A stretch of DNA of 64,000 nt from Priapulus caudatus (taxonomy: Eukaryota): positions 555,149 through 619,148 of the forward strand of contig NW_014577084.1 of NCBI RefSeq assembly GCF_000485595.1, in the 5' to 3' direction. Each line of letters starts with the position of its first letter. Position 1 is the stretch's first letter. Below, in pieces: positions 53,497 through 64,000 of the stretch. The translations under genes and the position numbers were made by a program. Under the pieces are notes generated by a model, which did not search any database, had not been told where the DNA came from, and was given only the letters and a program-made list of their open reading frames with translations.

Positions 53497-56400
53497 CATG
53501 CTCATGTTCATGATTTACTCATGGTTATATATGCATACAGAAGATTCATACTGATGTTATTACGTTGTGTCTGTATCGTATATGCATTCTTGTGATGAAG
53601 GATTTATGAAGCCCCACGGTGCATAACACAAGATTACACTATAGATGATTACTCCTGATGCGGCATTTGTCTGTTTTGTTGTAAACGATAGTGTAAATTC
53701 ATTCATGGTACAAGATTCGTTAGGGGAGTGCTATAATGATCCACTTTTTATAATTAACGATTTAATAAAGCTGCGTGTGCGATTAAGGCATCCACTGGCG
53801 GTAAGTTATGCTTGCACATTTGCAACACGGTTATACTTGATGATGGCATTTTGTATGTGATGATCGTATATAAAGGTATTCGTATAACACGTGTCTTTTC
53901 GCTTGCTTCTCGCATCCATGGCATCATATTCTCGTGACATCTGATCGAGCTTTCTCTGAGCACATATTCAGTGCGTCTTTGTTTCGTGCTAGTATCGACA
54001 GCTTTCGCATGAATTGACCTGAACCTATAACAAATTAGTGACGTGTAGTGTAGATAGCATGCATATTAATGCGGCCTTGGTAAAGGCCAAACACCGGTCA
54101 GCATCGGTTCCATTTTCGTCATATTTCATAGCACGCTGCACCTGTAAGGGATGATCAATTGCCCCAGCCCGCCGTGCAGGTGGTCAGGTTTCCCACGAAA
54201 ACAAAAGTAAGTCCGTAACGATTGGCTTTAGCAGAGACGGCGGATGAGCCGAGCATCTCCGAAATCTCGGATTAGCATGCTTCCGTGCCCGCTCGGGTTA
54301 CAACGTGATATAAATGCTAACGACACTCTTAGACGGTTGCCTCGGTTTAAATACACGTCCTTTCCATTGGACGGACGTGTCGTTGTCTCACGATGCCCAT
54401 GCCGTCTCCATGTACGTAGTCACAACAGCAGCGTGTGTATGTATATAGCCGTCGGGCCGACAAGCACGCATCAGGGTGCTGTGATGATATTAGTTGTACG
54501 ATCTATATCACCTGTCACGCATTTAGTATAAGGTCTATTCATAGTGTTTGTCCTTGGCATGCTGTGTAACAGCCCATTATCTACACTAAGTATAGGTCGT
54601 GTACAATTAGCACGTATGCACGTTCTTCCGCAACGGACACAGATTTATAATTAATTTGTGTTAACGTCAGGTAAAATATGAAAATGCACCGTCCACCGGT
54701 GATTTTTACTGTTCAATAAATCAATGAAATTCTCTATTATTGGCGCGTACTGCTGAATGAGCCGTATCTTGGAAAGCGAATTCGAGAGAAATGAGTCATG
54801 AAATTATTTTACTTAAAGTTACTTAAATTAGAAGATGGGCAGTACCTAGCGTCAGTGGACTGTAGTCTCGATACGCCCCGCGCTTGTGATCGCAGCAGAG
54901 GCTCTAGGCATTCATTACATTACATTAGCAGCCGATTTTACCGATAATCCTATGCGTTTGTTGCAGAACATGACCGACCATATAGTAGGTGTATTAGATA
55001 TTTCCCGCTCATCGTTCATTTCCGCGCGTCGCAAAGTGCGATGCAGTGCGCCGCGGATCTAGGTACGTGGTAGTTGTGTATATAGCCTGAACCTCCGTGC
55101 GCACGTACGCAAGCTGCATGGGGAAGCGACGCAGGGTTGCTGTGCAGGGTATAGGAGCGATGCTGGAGCATCATTACCGATAATGCTGTGCATACTGTCA
55201 TTACTGATATATTTTGCCTGTGGGAATTGCGCGGAGTCTGACTGCGAGGCTATATATATATACCTTGCACTTGTGCTGTCTACTGAGTCTGTGCGTCCTG
55301 TCTACGCGCTTCGGGGAGTGGTGGGAGGGGGCCGCTGTTAACCCTCGACGCGCGCGCTCTTCCACGATTGTTCTTGTGCGGGGAAATTTCCGGGTAAATA
55401 AGGCGACCAGAGAAATGCTCCGCTTGATTTATTTTACCTATCTCACGGGCCGATCGGCGGCCATGATTGTTGATGATGTGAGGGAGGGCACAAGGCGACT
55501 GCGATTCTGCACGCAGCCTCCTCCTCTGCGAGCGTGCGCCGTAGCTGTTCAGCTATAGCTGCTATAGAGAGGCTTCTCTGCAGCTGTTGACGAGCAGCGC
55601 TAGGGTAGACGGACTGCATGCGCAGAGCTCCATTACTCACTCATTCATGGTATGGGCGGCAGATTTTTGCGCAATGCTTCAGCGCGTGTTAGCGCGTTGT
55701 TGGTGCAATGCGGCACGTTAGCTGCGCTGCAGTTCTTATTGCAAACCTTGCTATACTGCGCTGCCGAGGCCGCGCCTGCTGAGTGCCTTGCTATTCGCGA
55801 ACGCTTACTCATTGAGCAGTCTGAGCAATTAGCGAAGGCGTATGAAATAGGCTCATGTTTGCTATAGAGAGTTACAGTCAGGTAATTCTGAAGTCACCAC
55901 GTGTGAAATCTGGTTTACTGTCAGTGCATAACGGCTTCCGTCTAAGATATCGGGACAACTGCCAGCCAAATGTGATTTGCGTTCTGGCTTGTGTATCCAG
56001 ACTCCAGGTGCTGTGCAGATAAGGCCTCACGAAAGTAGGAGGGCCCGCGAAATATAACTCGATCTCACATTGCAAATATTGTTCCTGTGCAAAGTACGCT
56101 TTGATATAGACGTGCGCATGTACACACCCACGTCTGTCATTCGAATACACATTGCAAAACTAATAATACTAATAAAGTACATTAATAATTAGGTGTACTC
56201 GTGCTATTAGCTACGTCGCAATGTGGTATATCTACTATTGATATGAAGCCATTCGGGCGTGCCCACGTGACTAGAGAATTACAGTTGGTAAACATTCTGG
56301 CGACGCAGCAACAAATATCCAGTTGCAATTTTCCCGGCGACGTCTTTGACAAGCATCTCAAACGTCAGATCAATTAGATGTGATGTGCTATCAGGAAACA

Positions 56401-56905
56401 GCCGAAGTAGAGCAGCGACTGGCAAATTAATGTGAATGAGTGTAACAGTAGGCGTATTCGAACGCGGACTATCAATCCGTCTTGACAGCTCTTCTCCGGG
56501 GATGGATATGACTTATTTATGACGGCGGGGCACTATAATTATTACATTTCAAATAATAAACTGCAGATTGTGTTTGGAGATGTTAGGAATACAAGTGCAT
56601 GGGGGCGTCAACTTGTATATCGAAGACGTTGAGATGTCTTGGTTGTAATCATGCGTAGCCAACACTACGTATCTTTTTGAGAACGACATGACAGTATACA
56701 CTAATTACTCGGTAGGATGTAATGCCACAATATCAAGAATGATGTATGAAAGTTATATTGAGTGAGACAGAAAGAGAGCTGATTGCAAGGCCGAGCGAGC
56801 AGCGGTGTCGAGTGTTTTCCAATGCTGAATAATTATATAAGAGGTGGTAAAGAGTTGTAGCGCTTTTAAACATATAAAGCGAACCCGAGAAGAAACTGCC
56901 CCGTA

Positions 56906-56920
56906 TGTGCGCGCGCGCGC

Positions 56921-57011
<91 letters not shown>

Positions 57012-57062
57012 TGCTTGCGTGCGTGCGTGCGTTGCGTGCTCGTGCATGCGTGCGTGTGTGTG
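56906..57062 (+). repeat. (GC)n(GCGT)n(GT)n microsatellite
   Basis: Direct inspection. Confidence 0.93.
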
Positions 57063-58105
57063 GCCGGCCCTGCGTGCTTTTGTGTGTGCGCGTGTTGGAA
57101 AGCATGTGGGACGGAAATGAAATATGGAAGAGTCGCTAAAAAAAACTGCAAGTGCAATAAAGTGCATGCAGGAGCAAGTTTTAAGGCATATGAATGTGTG
57201 CATTACGTATGAATGCAGATATAAATATTACATCGCATATATACATATATATATATATATATATATCCAGCACTAATCCACCGAGCGCGTTAAACGCCAC
57301 GCAACCTATAACCCAATTAGTAATGCTGCACTATTTGATAGTGGCCTTAGAGGTAATAAACTTCATTAGTGCATGCAGAGACTCATCAGGGACTCGGCCT
57401 CATTGGCATTCATCACACAGTGGCACCAGCAGCAATAAAGGCGCAGCATCCCGGCTGGTGTGTAAGTCTGATTCAGCGTGTCGGCACGCGTGCGTCGCTC
57501 GTCACGCCTACGAGTTGTTGTGCTAAAGTGTGCGCCCCCTGCGTCCGTACGCATCGATGCATGCATGATCAGACCGCCATTACTAGTTTGGGTTACAGCC
57601 TATGTAGCACCTCGCTTTGCGGATCGGAAGCAGGTAATGAATTTCCGCTGCTTCCATCTGGGCACGTAACCTGCTGCATGTTTCCACGCCAGCGCCGGTG
57701 CTCGCTGAAGCATTGCGTGGCGAGAGTAGAGGGATGAGAGGTTAAAAGGATTGATCACGGGCTAAGAGTTACAGAGTACAGGAGGCTTTGCAGTGTATAT
57801 AGGAGGCGTTACGACCGTACTATTTGTTTCTCCCATTGCATGGCTTATACTGTAGTGCTGCGCTGTCATAAGCGTGAAAGGGCGGTAGGGTGTACCCGGT
57901 TCACTGTACTACTGTTTGAATATTTGGCGTCAATTTGCTAGCAGTCATTTTAGCGGTCGTTATGTTTCGTGTGATGAAAGCAATTTAGTAGCCTTTGCGC
58001 TTAACTTCACGTTCGCTTTTTCTACATAGACACGTTGTGTAAAGTATCTGTATCCATCCCACCTCACCCCCTACACGCACACGCACACGCACGCACGTAC
58101 GCACG

Positions 58106-58172
<67 letters not shown>

Positions 58173-58629
58173 NNNNNNNNNNACACGGGCAACACGCGAT
58201 ACACGCGACGCACACGTACGCACGCACGCGCTGCGCGCACACAACCCACACACACCACCACACCACCACACAACACACAACACAACACACACCACCACCA
58301 AGCCAATATTATTCCATATGTTACGTTTAAATCCACGTAATTAATCCGTTTTAAGAGTAGACATTTGTAAACAGTCGCTTGTCCAGAAGCCACACTCCCT
58401 CGCATTTAAAAATCGCGTCTTTATCGCGCCAAGACTGTATACAGCAGGCGGCAGGCGATCAATGCTCTGTCGCTTCGGGGGCTGATGCCTGCAGAACCCG
58501 GCACTCTAGCATATGTACCAAGCGGCAAGCTGTCTTCATCAGCAAAATTGACTCGTTTGCCTGCATGCATGCTCGGATGCGGCCGTTATCAGCACGCGTG
58601 CCTGCTCGTGGGCATCAAACGTCTACATG

Positions 58630-58664
<35 letters not shown>

Positions 58665-58880
58665 GCGTGTGTGTTGTGTGGCGGGCGGTGGCGTGCAGTT
58701 GCGTGTGGGTGCGTTGCGTGTGTGTGTGTGTGCGTTGTTGTGGCGTGATTGTGTGTGTGTGTTGTGTTTGTTATGGCGCGCGCGTGCGTATTGTTGCGTT
58801 GCCCGTCGTTGCCGGTCAGTATGCGTGTGTGTACGTGTGTGCGTGCGTATGTGTGTGCGCGCGCGGTGTATACGTATAAC

Positions 58881-58923
58881 CAAGAGCGTATTAAGAAGCG
58901 TATACCTTCTTAATACGCTCTTG
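58881..58923. mobile_element. 43-bp mini hairpin with 18-bp perfect arms CAAGAGCGTATTAAGAAG and a perfect 7-bp TSD
   Basis: gtataac at 58874-58880 and 58924-58930. Confidence 0.9.
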
Positions 58924-59758
58924 GTATAACCATACGTGTAGCTATAGCTGCGTGCATCTGTAGATCTGTCGCGGCGTTGCGTGGCCATTATAGATTTCGT
59001 GGCATTGCTTTGGGCAGGGTATCGGCTCGGTGTTTGTATGGCCGTGTCACTCTGCGGACACGTACCCCTACACGCGAACCTTGGCTGCCATTCACTTCCC
59101 AGCAAATGCGTCTGATCCGGGGACATGACGTACATGGATTCCGGGGAATTGCGTACCATCTGAGATGCCCGTGTGACGGTCTAGATGAGGCACCGTCGGC
59201 CGCCTTTAACTGTTGGCAGGGGCGAGCATTTTCCATTCGCTTTTCCGTGTCAAGTGCGTTTCGTTGTCACGCATGATGTAGTCAGGACTCCAGCGCGAGC
59301 GACACGTGGGGTGTTCTTTTACGGCCGAATCAGTGCGTTGCTACCACTGAAGACTGGACCTACTAACTGAGGTCTTACTGGCGTTTGTGGGTGATACTGG
59401 TTCTCCTCGGTTGGGTTTACTCCACTCCATGCTAAATGCTCTGTAGCACTACGCACTATCATACACCTGTATCTGAATCACGGCGCACCGCCCGCGCCAC
59501 AACACACACACGCACGACTGCGCACGCACTAGCACACACGCCACACACCAATTGTAGTGAAGTGAAGTCGCGCACATATTTTCAAGCATGAGATTATCAA
59601 AAGGCAAGGGGGGGGGCCTTTTGTCGCGGCATGTGACAGGCCTGGCCTCTGTACTGGATAAGATTACTTCTTCGGAGGCGGACTGCCACATTACATTACA
59701 CACACACACACACCACACCAACCACACAACACACACACACACCACACACACACCACAC

Positions 59759-59796
<38 letters not shown>

Positions 59797-60059
59797 ACAC
59801 ACACACACCACCACCGCACGCACGGCACGCGCGCGCTCCCATATGAATACTCGCTGGCCGGCAATTGCGATGACGCGGTTTTATGGGAATGTGAGAATTT
59901 GCGTTTTGTACTTTTTCAGTTGCGACGCAATGGACATTGTATATTGCACGCAGTGCGCGAGGTCCACGCATGTCGTATTCCACTCGTTCATCGACGTCCA
60001 AGCGGACACGCGGACAACATCCTTACTAATCTTTCAGTCAATGGTTTGCAGTCGGCGTC

Positions 60060-61055
<996 letters not shown>

Positions 61056-61976
61056 TGGTGGGCACACTGTGAATGCAGCCACTTGTACACTGATATTTCC
61101 TCGCGCGTTTCCCGGCTGGTTGCTTTTATAGAGCCACCGTGCATTAGCTTTCGGAGTCGGTGTTCATCAGAGCGCGTGAAGCGAGTACTTCTTCGTAGCT
61201 GTACCACGACGCGGGAGAGCCTCTCTCACTGATCGATGCGCTGGTCTGCCCCAGAATACCTGTCACTGTAGCTGTAGTGGCGCGGATGAGAAATATCCCC
61301 GCGTACCATGCAAACGCCTACAAGATTCAATCGGCTATGTGCATACGTTTGTGCCTACGCGCTTGCGTGTGTTCGTGTGTGACATCCCTTGTATATATTG
61401 ACAGCACTCGGTTGTATAGTAGCTAAAGATATCGAGGTTCCACGTAAATAACGGCGCTGTGTGTACACGCTGCAATGTATCAGGGCCAATTATCAACATC
61501 AATCGAACTCGTCATCTATCCGGTCTCATCCATATATCAACCTACACGTATAAGAGCCTACAAGATAAGAACCTCCAACCCAATACAGTGTCCGAGGGCA
61601 TCTTGCATCGCAACGATCGTTGAGCATGTAATTATTGTAACATGATACAAAAGCTACTTGCTGTAACCAGATAACGTACGTTATGCCATGTGCTATACGG
61701 TTTACACCTCATCTCATCTTACGTTACGGACCAATAATCATCAAGCACGCCTTTCAGCGAATTCGTGTATTTGTAGAGTACGAAATATGTGGATGGTTCG
61801 CTGTTCTGAGTCCTCGTGGCACGTTTAACCCGACTCTGATGTTGTTCGCAAAAATGTGTGTTTAAACTCGTCAAGACACTGGATAGTATATACGCTGAAA
61901 GAAGCAGCAGCGTTATACCGCAGACTGAAATGCTCGAGAACGCCGGATGGAAGTCAAAGAAAGACACTCACAGCAT

Positions 61977-62013
61977 CAAGAGCGTATAAAGAAACCTTCT
62001 TAATACGCTCTTG
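61977..62013. mobile_element. 37-bp mini hairpin with 17-bp arms and 7-bp TSD
   Basis: Flanks acagcat/acagtat; the left 17 nt (caagagcgtataaagaa) are identical to the first 17 nt of element 13806-14962. Confidence 0.9.
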
Positions 62014-62423
62014 ACAGTATCTTTAGGCTCTAGTGTGAGCCTGGAAATGCAAAACACATGGCTAAAGGGTAAAACACTGGGGATGAATCTGACGGAATCT
62101 TGCAGGCTGTGAATTATTTCGGTGTTCGATATTTATTCTTAGAAACATTATATAGGTTAATTGTGCCCGGACCTCCATACACGATGTGTGCGTGAATGTG
62201 TGTTCTGGGTCTTCACAGCGTACCATGCGTGCCAAGCTCCCCGTGCACTGGTTCCAGTCCCAACCTATCGATATTTCGGGATCACCGCGCGTCGCACTGC
62301 ATGCTATAAACGCGGCGAGGCACCACTACGTGCATCCGTGCCCCGAGGTGTTGCACCTGGAAATATTTGGAAAGAAAATCCATAGACGGACGGGCGGACA
62401 GTCGGATCGATGGCTGAGTGATT

Positions 62424-62650
62424 ACGGACGGACGGACGGACGGACCGATAGACTGACGGACGCACGGGCGGATGGATGGGTGGATGGATGGATGGATGGA
62501 TAGATGGATGGATGGATGGATGGATGGATGGATGGATGGATGGATGGATGGATGGATGGATGGATGGATGTTGGATGGATGGGTGGATGGATGGATGGAT
62601 GGATGGATGGATGGATGGATGGATGGACGGACGGACGACGGATGGATGGG
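62424..62650 (+). repeat. (GGAC)n/(GGAT)n microsatellite
   Basis: Direct inspection. Confidence 0.93.
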
Positions 62651-63559
62651 TAGGTGTGTGGGTTGGTGTGTGCGTGCGTGCGTGGGTTGGCAAGTAGGTA
62701 GGTGGGTAAATTGATTTATAGATTAATACATTCATATCTATGTTGATAACAAGTATAGCCTATTTCCGTTTGAGTACATATTGTATATATACATCGTTGC
62801 AGGTGTGGCCTCTGGCGTAGTAGCTAGGCGGTTGATATAAAGATATAAGTGCACTAGATGATCACTAATATTTGGTGTGGACTGGGGCTAAAGTTTGATC
62901 ATGTTATCACTAATAATAAAATAGTACGGGTGCGGTGGCGGCTGTTTATCTATAAAGCCGAGTTGTATAGAATGTTCACGCTACCTTTAAAATGTTAGGT
63001 AGGAATTAATATTTCGTCATCAACTAGTATGAAGTGGCTTAGAGCTTTAGCGTTCTCTAGCGCTTTCATTTACAACTCCTGTCTTTCCAAATGCATATAC
63101 TACGCATATTCCGCGTGATGGAATATTTACCCCCACATATACATACCCTTGCATGAAACTCACTATGATACATAACCGCGTTTTTGTCAAGACGTATTTT
63201 TAGCGACCTCATTTTAGAGGGGTGCACTCTCGTGGTTTATGGCTGGAGAACTCTGATGAAGCTGTAAGACAACTGACAGAGTCGATTAGAGCCCCCCCCC
63301 CACACACACACAAACTTACCGTCAGCTTTATGTGCAGTTGGAATAACTCGTCAATGGTTGCTCGATTGTGGCCAACCATCGCAGTACTAAAATAGCAGTG
63401 CTGTCTCGAACATATAAGACTAAGATTAGCATAAAATCCAGACGAAGAAAAAAAAATCTAGTTGTTGGTTACACTAGACGGTGCAGCCGGTGCAAGCCCT
63501 ATGTGTACGATGTGTATAGTCGAACATCCCCTGTATCTTCTTGTAAGCCGCAATGTCGA

Positions 63560-63706
63560 AATGCCAGAATATGCCGACTCATATCAGTGTCCGGAATATG
63601 CCCAGACTATTCCGTCCAGAATATGCCGCCCAGAATATGCCGCCCAGAATATGCCGCCCAGAATATGCCCAGCCCAGAATATGCCGACAGAAATGCCGAC
63701 TCATAT
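63560..63706 (+). repeat. 14-bp tandem repeat cagaatatgccgcc bracketed by atgccgactcatatcag direct repeats
   Basis: Direct inspection. Confidence 0.8.
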
Positions 63707-64000
63707 CAGCATCAACTAGACTTGCTGTTCTAATGTTGGTTATATAGAAATTCTTCATCAGCCAACAATCCGTAAGAGGCAGGGTGTAAACCCCCACTAC
63801 ATTATACGGAGGCTGGAAAACAATATTACAAATTACGTGCAAGTTTAAGTTCAAATTTTAGCCACATGCTAAAGATGAATTTGGAGTCAGTTGTCATGGG
63901 AACACAGATGCAACACTGTTGCAACAGAACGAAGCCGATGTCATGAGAATTTCCCAAGGCGGTAGCGCACTTAGCACAAAACTACCATGCGTGAAAAGAA

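Noticed and set aside
55652..55867. ORF with AAEAAPAECL as the terminal TTC7 exon
   Set aside because: Only superficial similarity; it lacks the conserved glycines and the SP..PF tail, and has no AG acceptor at the required phase-2 position.

Overview
Repeat-rich animal (probably invertebrate) draft-genome DNA with three N-gaps. It is not prokaryotic, and almost all listed ORFs are microsatellite or chance artefacts. The window lies inside the 3' part of a TTC7-family gene (TPR scaffold of the PI4KIIIalpha complex) on the + strand. Three clean GT-AG exons (5549-5646, 6017-6121, 39263-39354) splice in frame, with a 33-kb intron between the last two; the terminal exon was not found. A 2.7-kb indel-riddled duplicate of the first two exons sits upstream and is probably a long-read gap-fill artefact. 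The introns hold many non-autonomous DNA elements: P-superfamily-like foldback/MITEs, hAT- and Harbinger-like MITEs, Helentron/HINE-like repeats, two Helitrons carrying a tRNA-Arg-derived segment, an element with inverted TTAGGG-like arrays, and mini/microsatellites. The most striking unexplained structure is a set of nine tiny inserts (8-63 bp; eight hairpins plus one one-sided remnant) with CAAGAG/CAGGAG ends and 7-bp RTNNNAY-like target-site duplications. They retain about 11-20 nt of terminal repeat plus filler, and one subfamily shares its termini with a 1.16-kb foldback element in the same window. These look like fossil P-element-type excision footprints.
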